Notes: a model not told the origin generated them from the sequence alone. 64,000 nt of DNA from an uncultured delta proteobacterium (GCA_963796475.1 CAWCLY010000003.1:80922-144921); one strand, 5' to 3'; positions 33,849 to 44,566 are shown, numbered from the stretch's first letter. Numbers and translations are program-made.

Positions 33849-35029
33849 TCAGGCGCCGACCGCGCGCAGCGCCCGGGCGCCAACTGCTTCCCGGAGCGCG
33901 TCCTTCTTGTCGGTGCGCTCCCAGGTGAACTCCTTCTCCGAGCGGCCGAAGTGACCGTAGCCGCGGTCCTCTGGTAGATGGGCCGGAGCAGGTCGAGGTG
34001 GTCGATGATCTCCCGCGGCTTGAGGCCGAAGGTGCGGCGGATCGCCTCGGCGATCCGCTCCTCGCGGCACCTTCGCCGTGCCGAACGTCTCGACCATCAC
34101 CGAGACCGGATCCGCCACGCCGATCGCGTAGCTCACCTGGACCTCGCAGCGGTCGGCGAGCCCGGCCGCGACCACGTTCTTGGCGATGTAGCGGCCCATG
34201 TACGCGGCCGAGCGGTCCACCTTGCTCGGGTCCTTGCCGCTGAACGCGCCGCCGCCGTGACGGCCCATGCCGCCGTAGGTGTCGACGATGATCTTCCGGC
34301 CGGTCACGCCCGAGTCACCCATCGGGCCGCCGATGACGAAGCGGCCGGTGGGGTTGATGAAGAATCTGGGTCTTCCGGTCGAGCAGCTTCTTGGGCAGCG
34401 CCCTGCGCGATGACCTCCTCGCGCACCGCCTCGTGGATCTTCTTGTTCGAGACGTCGTCGGCGTGCTGGGTGGAGACCACCACCGTGTCGATGCGCACCG
34501 GCTTGCCGTCCTCGTACTGGACGGTGACCTGGCTCTTGCCGTCCGGGCGCAGCCAGTCGAGCGACTTGCGCCGCGACGTCCGCCAGCCGCCGGGTGAGCG
34601 CGTGGGCGTAGTGAGATGGGCGCCGGCATCAGCTCCGGCGTCTCGTTGCAGGCGTAGCCGAACATCATCCCCTGGTCGCCCGCGCCCTGCTCCTTGTCGT
34701 TGTCGACGCCGCGGGCGATGTCCTGGCTCTGGCCCTCGATGGCCACCATCACGCCGCAGGTGTGGCCGTCGTAGCCCATCTCGCTGGTCGGTGTAGCCGA
34801 TGCGGACGATGGTGCTCCGGACGATGCTCGGGATGTCGACGTAGGTGCTGGTCGTCACCTCGCCGGCGACGATCGCCAGGCCGGTCTTCACCAGCGTCTC
34901 CACCGCCACGCGGCCACGGGGGTCCCCGGCGATGATCGCGTCGAGGACGCCGTCGCTGATCTGATCGGCCACCTTGTCCGGGTGGCCCTCGGTGACCGAC
35001 TCGGAGGTGAAGAGAAAATCCTTGATCAT
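33849..35029 (-). pseudogene. metK: S-adenosylmethionine synthase, at least 4 frameshifts
   Basis: MIKDFLFTSESVTEGHPDKVADQISD... (ORF 34304..35029), [12 protein letters not shown] (ORF 34315..34779), [17 protein letters not shown]...[19 protein letters not shown] (ORF 33849..34322). Confidence 0.9.
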
Positions 35030-35089
35030 GGCGGTGTTTCCCGTGTGCTGCGAAGGGCGCGGGACACTAACGACGGGCTGCCGCCCACG

Positions 35090-36678
35090 TCAAACCGGAG
35101 GGCCCGGGACGAGCACCTCGAGGCTCATCGGCTCGAGCAGACCGCTCAGGTCGGCATGCCACCAGGCGTCCACCACCTCGCCGCACGGTGAGGCGTCCAC
35201 GCAGGCGCGGCCAGCGCGCGAGCGGGCGCAGCCGCGCTAGGACCGCGGGAGGGAGGAGCCCGCGCTCGTCCTGGGTGACGAGCAGGGCCTGCCCGGCCTC
35301 GAGCGCTCCGAGCACTCCGTCCGGCCCGGACGCCCTGTGCACCGGAGTTCCCACCAGGAACGAGTAGAGCCCCGGGTTCTGCGTGGCGGTGAACATCGGG
35401 CGGCCGCCGGCGCTCGTGGCCACCCAGGCCGGAATCTGCGGGGGCACCGCTCCGGGCAAGACGGTGGCGAAGAGGAGGACGGCTGCGCCGGCCAGCCCGG
35501 TCGCTCCGGCCCGCAGCGCCCCCCGGCCCACCGCCATCGCCGCCAGGGCGACCAGCAGCACCACACCCGCCAGCCCGAGCCGGACCGGCGCCTGCAGCGG
35601 GAACCGGAGCGCGAGCGCTCCGACCCCGGCGAGCCCGAGCAGCACCGCGGCGCTGGTCCACCGCCGTCCGTCCCCCGGCCGCGCAGCACGCCAGGAGGGC
35701 GAGCGGGGCGAGCGCGGGCACGACGTAGTGCGGGTGCTTCAACCCCGGCAGGCTGTACAGGAAGAGGAGGCCCAGCACCCACGGCCAGGCGAGCCCGGCG
35801 GCAGGGCCGCGCAGGCGGACGAGCGGCGTCCAGGGCAGGAGCAGCACCGGGAGCGCGACGAGAAGCTCCAGTTCGCCCTCCAGCGTCCAGGGGAAACGGA
35901 ACTTCCCCACGTTCTCGATCCCGAAGAAACGCCCGACGAACGCCGTGCCGTACCGCTGCGCCATCGCCACGTACCAGGGCGCGGCGAGCAGGAGCGCCAG
36001 CGCCACCGCGCCGAGCAGCCAGGGCAGCCGTGAGCGGAGCATCCGCCGGCGGCCGAGGTAGACCGCCGCCGGCGCCACCATGAGCAGCGGGCCGACCGGC
36101 CCCTTGAGCAGCGCCGCGGCGGCGGCGCCCACCCCTGCGATCAGCGCCAGCGCCGGGGGACCGCCCGAGGCCACGCGCCAGATCGCCCCCAGCCCGACGG
36201 CGATGGCCAGCGCCAGCGGCACGTCCATCAGGTCCACCCGCGCGTATCTCAGGAGCCCGAGGCAGGTGCCGAGCAGGAGGATGGCAACGGGCTCGGCTGC
36301 GGGCCCCACCTCGCGCCGGGCGAGCCGTCCGGTGACCCAGGCCAGGGCCAGCGCGGCCAGCGCGACGGGCAGCCTGGCCGCGAAGAGCGACGTCCCGAGG
36401 ACCGAGAAGCTGCCGCCCATCGCCCAGTAGAGCAGCGGCGGCTTGGTGAAGTCGGGCCGCCCGTCGACGGTGGGCGTGAGCCACTCACCTCGGGCGTGCA
36501 TCTCGCGCCCCGCCTCGAGGTACAGGCCCTCGTCCGGGTGGGTCCCGCCGGCGGTGCTCCCCAGTCCGGAGAGCAGCACCGCGGCCACGACGAGCAGCGC
36601 GGCGAGCGTCGCACCCTCGGGCAGCCGACCCAGGGTGGCCCGGTCGTCGACCGCCGGCGGAGGACGCAGCGTGTCCAT
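35090..36678 (-). pseudogene. GT39/ArnT-like (PMT_2) glycosyltransferase, polytopic, 1-2 frameshifts
   Basis: ...HPDEGLYLEAGREMHARGEWLTPTVDGRPDFTKPPLLYW.... About 11 TM segments spread over ORFs 35146..36681 and 35067..35645. The 3' end is uncertain (35067 or 35090). Confidence 0.7.
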
Positions 36679-36776
36679 CAAGATGACGTCTGCTCTAGCA
36701 GAACCCGACTGAAGAGCAGCCGTCCGCAGAACAACCCTTGTCGCGCGGTACGTGGCCGAAGTAACCCCGCGGCGCC

Positions 36777-38240
36777 ATGAAGAGACTCTGCTGGCTGTCC
36801 CTCGCGCTCGCTCTGGCCTGCGCGCACTCGCCGTCCCCGACCGAGCCGGCCCGCCCGCCGCCGACCGCCGCAGCCATGCCGGCGCAGACGCCCACCCCGA
36901 CGCCCCCGGGCGCGGACGCGAGCCGCTTCCTGCCGCCGGATGCGCGCCCCGCGTTCGAGATCCCGGTCGATGCGTACACGCTCACCAACGGGCTCAAGGT
37001 GGTGCTCTCGCGCGACACCACCGCGCCCATCGTCACGGTCGGCGTCTACTACCACATCGGTTTTCGCATCGAGCCACGCAACCGGACCGGGTTCGCCCAC
37101 CTGTTCGAGCACATGATGTTCCAGGGCAGCGAGAACCTCGGAAAGCTCGCCTTCATCCAGCTGGTGCAGCGCAACGGCGGCATCCTCAACGGCTCCACGC
37201 GCTTCGACTTCACCAACTACTACGAGGTCGTCCCCTCCAACGTGCTGGAGACCACGCTCTGGGCCGAGTCGGACCGGATGCGCGGCCTTAAGGTGACCCA
37301 GGACAACCTCACCAACCAGCAGGGCGTGGTGAAGAGCGAGGTCCGGGTGAACGTGCTCAACCGCCCCTACGGCGGCTGGCCCTGGCTCACCGTGCCGCAG
37401 CTGGCGAACGAGAACTGGTACAACGCCCACAACTTCTACGGCGACCTCGGTGACCTCGACGCCGCCACGCTCGAGGACGTCCGGCAGTTCTTCAAGACCT
37501 ACTACGCGCCGAACAACGCCGCGCTGGTGGTGAGCGGCAACTTCGATCCTGCGCAGGTGAAGGCCTGGATCGCGAAGTACTTCGAGTCCATCCCCCGCGC
37601 CGAGGTCCCGCCCATCCCGGATCTCACCGAGCCGCGGCAGACCGCGGAGCGCTGGAAGACCGTGGACGACAAGCTCGCCCAGCGACCTGCACTGGCCGTC
37701 GCCTACCACATGCCGCCGCGGGGCTCGCCCGAGTTCTGGGCGATGGCACTGCTCCAGCAGATCCTCCTCGAGGGGCCGGACAGCCGGCTGTACCAGGAGC
37801 TGGTGCAGAAGCGCGGACTCACCGGCGAGGTCGAGGGCGGCGTCAACCTGCTCGGCAACCAGTACAACTACCAGGGGCCGATGCTCTGGATGGCCGCGCT
37901 GTTCCACGACAGCCAGCACACGCCGAAGGAGATCGTCGAGGCGATCGACACCGCGATCGAGCCGCTGCGCAGCGCGCCGGTGGACGCCGCGACGCTCGAC
38001 CGCGCACGGGTGAAGGCCCGGAGCGCCTACTACGCGGATCTGGAGGCGCTCTTCGGCTTCGGCCGCGCAGATCTGCTCGCCGCGCACGCCCTCTTCGACG
38101 GGGACGCCGCGGCCGTGAACCTGATCGAGCCGAGCCTCCTCGCGGTCACGCCAGAGCTCATCCAGAAGACGGCGCAGGAGTGGCTCCGTCCCACCAACCG
38201 CACCGTGGTCGCCCTGCAGCCCGCCGGAGGCAAGCGATGA
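36777..38240 (+). CDS. M16 (pitrilysin/insulinase) family zinc peptidase, catalytic-type subunit
   Basis: Lipoprotein-like signal MKRLCWLSLALALAC. HxxEH motif in FAHLFEHMMFQGSENLG. Uninterrupted 487 aa. Confidence 0.9.
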   Translation: MKRLCWLSLALALACAHSPSPTEPARPPPTAAAMPAQTPTPTPPGADASRFLPPDARPAFEIPVDAYTLTNGLKVVLSRDTTAPIVTVGVYYHIGFRIEPRNRTGFAHLFEHMMFQGSENLGKLAFIQLVQRNGGILNGSTRFDFTNYYEVVPSNVLETTLWAESDRMRGLKVTQDNLTNQQGVVKSEVRVNVLNRPYGGWPWLTVPQLANENWYNAHNFYGDLGDLDAATLEDVRQFFKTYYAPNNAALVVSGNFDPAQVKAWIAKYFESIPRAEVPPIPDLTEPRQTAERWKTVDDKLAQRPALAVAYHMPPRGSPEFWAMALLQQILLEGPDSRLYQELVQKRGLTGEVEGGVNLLGNQYNYQGPMLWMAALFHDSQHTPKEIVEAIDTAIEPLRSAPVDAATLDRARVKARSAYYADLEALFGFGRADLLAAHALFDGDAAAVNLIEPSLLAVTPELIQKTAQEWLRPTNRTVVALQPAGGKR

Positions 38241-39622
38241 GCCGCCCCCTGTTCGCACTCACCCTGCTCGCCGGCGGCCTGGCCCTCGCCGCGCCGGAGA
38301 CGCCCCCCACGCCCGGTCCCACCCCACCGTTCGAGCTCCCGGCGACCACCGACTTCACGCTCCCGGACGGGCTGAAGGTCACGCTCGTGCCCTACGGCGC
38401 CGTTCCCAAGTCCAACGTCTCGCTCGCGGTCCGCGTGGGCAACGTGGACGAGAAGGCCGGTCAGACCGGCCTGGCGGATCTGATGGGCAAGCTCCTGCTC
38501 CAGGGCACCCAGACGAAGAGCGCGGTGCAGGTCGCCGAGGCGGCAGCGAAGCTCGGCGGCCCCCTGGCGGTGAACGTGCGCGAGGACGAGACCTCGCTCG
38601 ACATCGAGTGCCTGGGTGACTCGACGGCGGACGCGGTCCGGCTCATCGCCGAGGTCGCGCGCACCCCGGCGTTTCCCGCCTCCGAGCTGGCCCGGCTGAA
38701 GGGCGACCTCCAGCGCGACGTGGCCATCCAGCGCAGCCAGCCGCAGCCCTTGGCCGAGGAGTCCTACGCCCGGGCCATCTATGGCAACCATCCGTACGGC
38801 CGGGTGCTCCCGGTGAAGGCCCAGGTCGAGAAGTTCACCCTCGAGCAGGCCCGGCAGCTCTGGGCAGGGCACGCCGGCGCCGACCGGGCGCACGTCTACG
38901 TCGTCGGCCGCTTCGACGCCGCGGCGGTGCGTGCAGCCATCGAGCAGGCGTTCGGCGGCTGGAAGAAGGCGAAGGCCGCTCCGCGTCCGAAGCCCGCCCC
39001 GCGCGGCGGCAAGCGGGTGTTCCTGGTGGATCGCCCGGGCGCCATCCAGTCCACGGTGCGCATCGGCCTGCCGGTCGTCCCACCGACCTCGCCGGACTAC
39101 ATCCCGCTGGTGGTGACCAACGCGATGCTCGGCGGAAGCTTCGGCAGCCGCATCACGGCCAACATCCGCGAGAAGCACGGCTACACCTATTCACCGAACA
39201 GCGCGCTGGCCACGCACCCCGGAGCGGGGACCTGGACCCAGTCGGCCGACATCACGACCAAGGACACCGCGGCGGCGCTGCGCGAGGTGGTCAGCGAGGT
39301 GGAGCGGATGCGCACCGAGCCTCCCGGAGCGGCCGAGCTGACCGGCATCCAGAAGTACGTGGCGGGCACGTTCGTGCTCCGCAACAGCAGCCGTGCCGGC
39401 ATCGTCGCCCAGCTCCGCTTCGTGGACCTGTACGGCCTCCCCGCCGACTGGCTCCGGACCTACGTCCAGCGGGTGGAGGCGCTGACGCCCGCGGACATCA
39501 CCCGCACGGCGAAGAAGTACCTCGACCCGGCGAAGATGACGCTGGTGGTGGTGGGCGACCGGAAGGTGGTCGAGGAGTCGCTGAAGCAGTTCGGGCCGGT
39601 GAAGCTCGAGACGCCGCGGTAG
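38237..39622 (+). CDS. M16-family peptidase-like protein lacking the HxxEH motif (non-catalytic partner)
   Basis: ATGA overlap with the upstream M16 gene. Signal peptide MSRPLFALTLLAGGLALA. The position equivalent to HxxEH reads GLADLMGKLLLQGT. Confidence 0.85.
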   Translation: MSRPLFALTLLAGGLALAAPETPPTPGPTPPFELPATTDFTLPDGLKVTLVPYGAVPKSNVSLAVRVGNVDEKAGQTGLADLMGKLLLQGTQTKSAVQVAEAAAKLGGPLAVNVREDETSLDIECLGDSTADAVRLIAEVARTPAFPASELARLKGDLQRDVAIQRSQPQPLAEESYARAIYGNHPYGRVLPVKAQVEKFTLEQARQLWAGHAGADRAHVYVVGRFDAAAVRAAIEQAFGGWKKAKAAPRPKPAPRGGKRVFLVDRPGAIQSTVRIGLPVVPPTSPDYIPLVVTNAMLGGSFGSRITANIREKHGYTYSPNSALATHPGAGTWTQSADITTKDTAAALREVVSEVERMRTEPPGAAELTGIQKYVAGTFVLRNSSRAGIVAQLRFVDLYGLPADWLRTYVQRVEALTPADITRTAKKYLDPAKMTLVVVGDRKVVEESLKQFGPVKLETPR

Positions 39623-39629
39623 CGTCCGG

Positions 39630-40422
39630 TCAGCGGCGCCTCTCGAGTGCCGACGCCATCATGTCGGCGCAGATCCGGAGCACCTCCAGCCGGGCGTGGT
39701 GCTTGTCGTTGGCCGAGACGAGCACCCACGGCGCATCGGGGCGGTGGGTCCGATCGAGCATCTCGCCCACCGCCGACTGGTAGTCCTTCCACCGGCGGCG
39801 ATTGCGCCAGTCGTCCGGACCGATCTTGTAGCTCTTGAAGCGGTCGGTCTCGCGTTCCTTGAACCGCTCGAGCTGGGTCCTCCGGTCGATGTGCAGGAAG
39901 AACTTGGTCATCTGCACGCCATCCGAGGTGAGCATCCGCTCGAAGGCGTTGATCTCGTCGTAGGCGCGCTTCCACTCCGGCTTCGTTCGCGAAGCCCTCC
40001 ACCCGCTCCACCAGGACCCGCCCGTACCAGCTCCGGTCGAACACCGCGACCTCGCCGCGCCCGGGCAGACGGTTCCAGAAGCGCCACAGGTAATGGTGGC
40101 GGCGGCTCTCCTCGTCGGGCGGGCCGATGGGCCACACCTTGTAGCCGCGGGGATCGAGCTCGGCGGTGAGGCGCTTGATGACCCCGCCCTTGCCGGCGGC
40201 GTCCCAGCCCTCGAACACGAAGATCGCCCGGTACCCACCCTGGAACATCCGGACTTGAAGGCCGAACACCTCGCGCTGCCTTCGCTTCAGCTCCTCCTCG
40301 TACGCCTCGTCGCCCGGGACGCGGATCGAGAGGTCCACCTCGTCGAGGGAGAGGGTTCCCGGCGGGTAGACCTTGAACTCGTACGCCTCGTCGATCTTCG
40401 TCTTCCGGCGGCGCTTGGCCAT
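39630..40422 (-). pseudogene. polyphosphate kinase 2 family protein, one frameshift (~39990)
   Basis: MAKRRRKTKIDE...IFVFEGWDAAGKGG...HYLWRFWNRLPGRGEVAVFDRSWY, then EWKRAYDEINAFERML...KFFLHI in the frame of ORF 39630..40238. Confidence 0.85.
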
Positions 40423-40511
40423 GGACCCTCCGTCCGGCGGCAGCTTGCCACTTCTTCCCCGCTGCAATCCCGGTTGCGGCGTGAGGCCCGGCCCCGGAGA
40501 GTGCTCCCCGC

Positions 40512-41445
40512 ATGCTCCGACCGCTCCTCACCATCCTCGTCACACTCTCGCTCGGCTGCGCCGGGGCGGGCACGTCCACCCGTCCCTCCCCGCCCCCGAG
40601 GACCGCGGCATCGCGTGCGTACGATGAGAAGTTCCCCGACCCGGCGACCCCTCTGGACGTCAAGGTCCTCTCCACCTCGGACCGCTCCGGGGTGAGCCTC
40701 GTCGAGGTGACCTACGCCGGTGCACCGGGGACCGACCCGGTCCGGGCCACCCTGGTTCGCCCGCCCAGCAGCAGCAAGCGCGGCCCCGCGGTGCTCTGGG
40801 TGCACTGGCTCGGCGAGCCGGCCACGACCAACCGGACCGAGTTCCTCGACGAGGCGGTGGAGCTCGCGCAGCAGGGCGCGGTGTCGCTCCTGGTGGACGC
40901 GCTCTGGAGTCAACCGGGCTGGTACAAGCAGCGGACGATGGACGGCGACGCGGCGGCGTTCATCGCGCAGGTGGTGTCGCTGCGGCGCGGGCTGGACCTC
41001 CTCGCCCAGGAGCAAGCGGTGGACCCCTCGAAGCTCGCGCTCGTGGGGCACGACTTCGGAGGGATGACCGGGATGCTCGCCTCCGCCGCGGACGGACGAC
41101 CCCGGTCGCACGTGCTGCTCGCGCTCACCCCGCGCTTCGAGCAGTGGATGTTCTACGACTCGAAGAAGCGGCCCACCGACGAGCAGGCGTACCGCCAGCA
41201 GCTCGCCGCGATCGACCCCATCGACGCACTCCCGGCGCTCGAGGGGACGACCCTGATCCAGCTCGCGCAGGAGGACTTCTACGTCCCGCCCCAGCAGATC
41301 GAGGTCTGGCGGAAGGCCATCTCCGTGACGGGGCGAGCTCCGCACCTACCCCACCAGCCACGCGATGGAGGCGGCGCAGGTCCGGGCCGACCGTCAGGAA
41401 TGGCTGCACCGCACCCTGGGGATGGTTCCGGCGAAATCCGAGTAA
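40512..41445 (+). pseudogene. alpha/beta-hydrolase (dienelactone-hydrolase-like) lipoprotein, one frameshift (~41330)
   Basis: MLRPLLTILVTLSLGCAG lipobox. ...LALVGHDFGGM nucleophile-elbow-like motif. The tail ...ELRTYPTSHAMEAAQVRADRQEWLHRTLG lies in another frame, with TAA at 41443-41445. Confidence 0.6.
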
Positions 41446-41538
41446 CCCGGGCCCGGAGGCCGAGAGCAACGGTCGGAGTTGCACACGTCCGGAGCCAGCA
41501 CCATCCTCGGCACGGCAAACCGTGAACGGAGATCTGCG

Positions 41539-42228
41539 GTGTCGAGAGACGAGGATTGTCTCGGGAATCGGCCCGAGCTCGATGAGCTGACCCGGTCGTA
41601 TCTCGCCGCCCAGCTCGCGGGAGATCGCCGGGAGGCCATCCGTCTGCTCATGGAGGAGGGCATCGGCCGGGGCAACTCGGTGCTCGACCTCCACCTGCGC
41701 GTCATCCAGCAGGCGCAGCGGGAGATCGGGCGGCTCTGGGAGCAGAGCAGCATCAGCGTCGCCCAGGAGCACCAGGCGACGGCAGTGTCGCAGCTCGCGC
41801 TGGCCCACCTCTACCAGCAGTCTATCCGGAGGCCCTCGGTCGGAAGGAGTGTCCTCGTGGCGTGCGTGGAGGGGGAGATGCACGACGTGGGGGCGCGGAT
41901 CTGCGCCGACGTGCTGGACCTCCATGGCTTCGACGTGCGGTTCCTCGGGGCCGACGTGCCGACCGACTGCCTCATCAGCTTCGCCGAGCGGACCCATCCC
42001 TCCCTGGTCGCCCTCAGCGTGACCCTGCCCGAGCACCTCGGAACGACCCACCGCGCGGTCGAGGCACTGCGGGCGACGACGAAGATGCCCATCGCCGTCG
42101 GTGGCCGGGCGCTCGACCTCCCGGGCGCACGCGAGGGCTGGGAGGGCGTCACCATCTTTGGCGCCGACGCGATCGAGCTCCTGAACGCTGCCCGCAGCAG
42201 GCTGGGGGTCACCGCCGGGGGGGACTGA
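41539..42228 (+). CDS. stand-alone cobalamin (B12)-binding domain protein, CarH/AerR-like sensor module without a DNA-binding domain
   Basis: GTG 41539 with GGAG 7 nt upstream (the track ORF starts at TTG 41479). Wx9EH motif in GRLWEQSSISVAQEHQAT. B12 His-loop VEGEMHDVGARI, plus LSVTL and AVGGRA motifs. Confidence 0.75.
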   Translation: MSRDEDCLGNRPELDELTRSYLAAQLAGDRREAIRLLMEEGIGRGNSVLDLHLRVIQQAQREIGRLWEQSSISVAQEHQATAVSQLALAHLYQQSIRRPSVGRSVLVACVEGEMHDVGARICADVLDLHGFDVRFLGADVPTDCLISFAERTHPSLVALSVTLPEHLGTTHRAVEALRATTKMPIAVGGRALDLPGAREGWEGVTIFGADAIELLNAARSRLGVTAGGD

Positions 42229-42468
42229 GCCTGAGCTGCCCCGGGTGTCGGGGAGTTCTGCTCCGAAGGGGACGCGGAAGGGTCGGGAGGCGAGCGCCAG
42301 GCTGGGTACCACCCTGGCCTGAAGGACGGGCCGCGGCGGCTCGGGCACGGCCGAGACCCGGCCCGGCTCGGCTCGACCGGCCGGCGGATCTGGGGCACGG
42401 CTGAAACGGGGGCACCGGATCCCGGGCACGACCCGCGCATGTCGTCGCGGTTTACCCGGACGCAGCTC

Positions 42469-42578
42469 GCGAAACATTTTGGAACGGTCTCCCCCGGAGG
42501 GGGGTCGCGAGGTCCGCCGTTGGCGTTCCATCGGGCTTCGCGAAAACGGCGTAGGAAACAATTCCAGCGTGGTCAGCG
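42469..42578 (+). repeat. inverted-repeat arm A (core ~110 nt), partner at 44458..44566
   Basis: gcgaaacattttggaacggtctcccccggagg...ttccagcgtggtcagcg. Its reverse complement recurs at 44458-44566 with about 10 differences by eye. Weaker similarity extends outward to ~42255. Confidence 0.85.
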
Positions 42579-43399
42579 AGGACGGAAATGTCGGCGGTCG
42601 GGTCGGCCTGGCGGCTCCGCATCAGCGTACACCGGTGGCGGGGCCGGCAGCAGGCCCGTTAGCGGTGCGAGCGAGGAGATCGTCGCCAGGGGCGCGAGGC
42701 CGAGCTCGTCGCGCGGGATGCCCGTGCGGTTCACCCAGTAGGTCGGAAACCCGAACCAGGCAGCACCGGCCGCGTCCCAGCCGCCGTGGGCGACGAAGGC
42801 GATGCGCTCTCGGGGAAGCCTGAACGCCTCGACGGCCAGCTGGTACGCGCGGGGGTCCGGCTTGTAGCTCCGGATCGCATCGGTGCTCAGCGGTGGATCC
42901 ATCAGCCGGTCGAGACCCGTTCGCCGGCCGACCGAGGCAAGCATGGCGGGCGTGAAGTTGGAGAGGAAGGCGAGCTTCATCCCCGCGGCGCGGAGCTGGG
43001 TCAGCGTGGCAACGGCCTCGGGCCACGCGGGCAGCCCGACGATGGTGTCCAGGAATTCCCGACGGGCCTGGGGCGAGGGGGAGAGCTTCAGCAGCGCCGA
43101 GGCGAATCCGAACGCGTCCGCGCTGACCGCCTCGAAGTCCCGGTACTGACCGCCGACCACGCGCAGCCAGCTGTAGTCGAAGAGGCGGGTGCGCCAGACC
43201 TCCTCCAGGCGTGCTCCCTGGCCGGGGAAGAGCCGCTCCGCCGTCGCCGGGAGGGCACGGAAATCGAGCAGGGTGAAGGCGTCGAACGCCACGGCGCCGA
43301 TCGGCCCCGCACGGCTCTTCGTCGTCAGGCTGGTGACCCGAAACCACCCAGTGCCAATCCGCCCGCCGCCATCAGGAACTCCCGACGCTGCGTCGTCAT
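42573..43399 (-). pseudogene. type II L-2-haloacid dehalogenase-like HAD hydrolase with an N-terminal twin-arginine signal, one frameshift (~43335)
   Basis: MTTQRREFLMAAGGLALGG (ORF 43325..43519), then AFDAFTLLDF...WRTRLFDYSWLR...FLSNFTP...SYKPDPRAY...AHGGWDAAGAAWFGFPTYWVNRTG (ORF 42573..43292). This closely parallels the L-DEX-type dehalogenase motifs. Confidence 0.75.
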
Positions 43400-43508
43400 C
43401 GACGTCCTCCCGGGCGGGTCTGGACCTCGGGCCGCCCTGGCCAAAGGTGCCGGAGGAAGCGGGGGCGGCGGGACACTTCGTTTCCGTCTAGACTCCATGC
43501 GTTTCTGC

Positions 43509-44420
43509 ATGACGGCCATCGACTGGGACGACCTGCGGTACCTGCTCGCGCTCTCGCGTCACGGGACGCTCACCGCGGCTGCGGCCGTTCTCGGGGTGAG
43601 CCAGCCCACGGTGGGGAGGCGCCTGGCGGGGCTCGAGCGTCAGCTCCGCGCCAGGCTCTTCCGGAGCACGCCCCAGGGGGCCGAGCTCTCGGCGGTCGGC
43701 GAGGTCCTGGTGCGCCGGGCGCTGCGGATGGAATCGGAGGCGCTGGAGGCCACCCGCCTGGCGAGCGGCCGAGACGAGGGCGTCCAGGGGCGCCTCGGCA
43801 TCACGGCGTCGGAATGGCTCGTGGCGCGCGTGCTCGGCCCGGGCCTGGGTGGCCTTCTGCGCGCACATCCTGGCCTCCGTATCGACCTGCTTGCCAGCGC
43901 GAGGTGGGCCAACCTCGCGCGCGGAGAGGCGGACATCGCGATCCGCCCCGCTGCCTTCCAGCAGCAGGCCGTGTTCCAGCGCGAGCTGGCGCGCGTCGGC
44001 TACGGGCTCTACGCCTCGGGCGCGTACCTGGAGGAGCATGGACCGCCCGACTTCGGCCGCGGCTGCGCGGGACACGCTCTCCTCGCGATGGACGAGGACG
44101 TTCCGACCGCCGACGCACCCTGGCTGCGCGAGATCGCGGGCGAGGCGCATGTGGCGGCCCGCACGAACGGCCGTGAGGGACTCGCCGCCATGGCCGCCGC
44201 CGGGCTCGGCCTCGCCTGCCTCCCCCGCCTCATCGGAGACGCGACGCCCCGGCTCGAGCGTCTGGAGCCACCGGTCCCGCCTCCCGAGCGCCGCCTCTGG
44301 CTGGGGGTGCATCGGGACGTGCGTCATCTGGCGCGGGTTCGCGCTGCAACGACGCACCTCGCAGAGCTCTTCCGCACGCTCCAGCCCACGCTCGCCGGCG
44401 ACCCGGGGCGCCGCGCCTGA
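43509..44420 (+). CDS. LysR-family transcriptional regulator
   Basis: MTAIDWDDLRYLLALSRHGTLTAAAAVLGVSQPTVGRRLAGLE... followed by a LysR substrate domain. Divergent from the dehalogenase gene (110-nt spacer). Alternative ATG at 43497. Confidence 0.85.
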   Translation: MTAIDWDDLRYLLALSRHGTLTAAAAVLGVSQPTVGRRLAGLERQLRARLFRSTPQGAELSAVGEVLVRRALRMESEALEATRLASGRDEGVQGRLGITASEWLVARVLGPGLGGLLRAHPGLRIDLLASARWANLARGEADIAIRPAAFQQQAVFQRELARVGYGLYASGAYLEEHGPPDFGRGCAGHALLAMDEDVPTADAPWLREIAGEAHVAARTNGREGLAAMAAAGLGLACLPRLIGDATPRLERLEPPVPPPERRLWLGVHRDVRHLARVRAATTHLAELFRTLQPTLAGDPGRRA

Positions 44421-44457
44421 CCGCCCACGCCGGCCGGGGGCGCGGCGGTTCTGTCCA

Positions 44458-44566
44458 CGCTGAACACGCTGGAACTGTTTCCCCGCCCGTCTTCGCGAAG
44501 CCGGATGGAACGCCAACGGCGGACCTCGCGACCCGCTCCGGGGGAGACCGTTCCAAAATGTTTCGC
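44458..44566 (-). repeat. inverted-repeat arm B (core ~109 nt), partner at 42469..42578
   Basis: The reverse complement reads gcgaaacattttggaacggtctcccccggagcgggtcgcgaggtccgccgttggcgttccatccgg.... Degenerate extension outward to ~44700. Confidence 0.85.

Noticed and set aside
35030-35089. Possible SAM riboswitch upstream of metK.
   Set aside because: Only ~40-60 nt separate metK from the upstream gene end, which is too short for any SAM aptamer.
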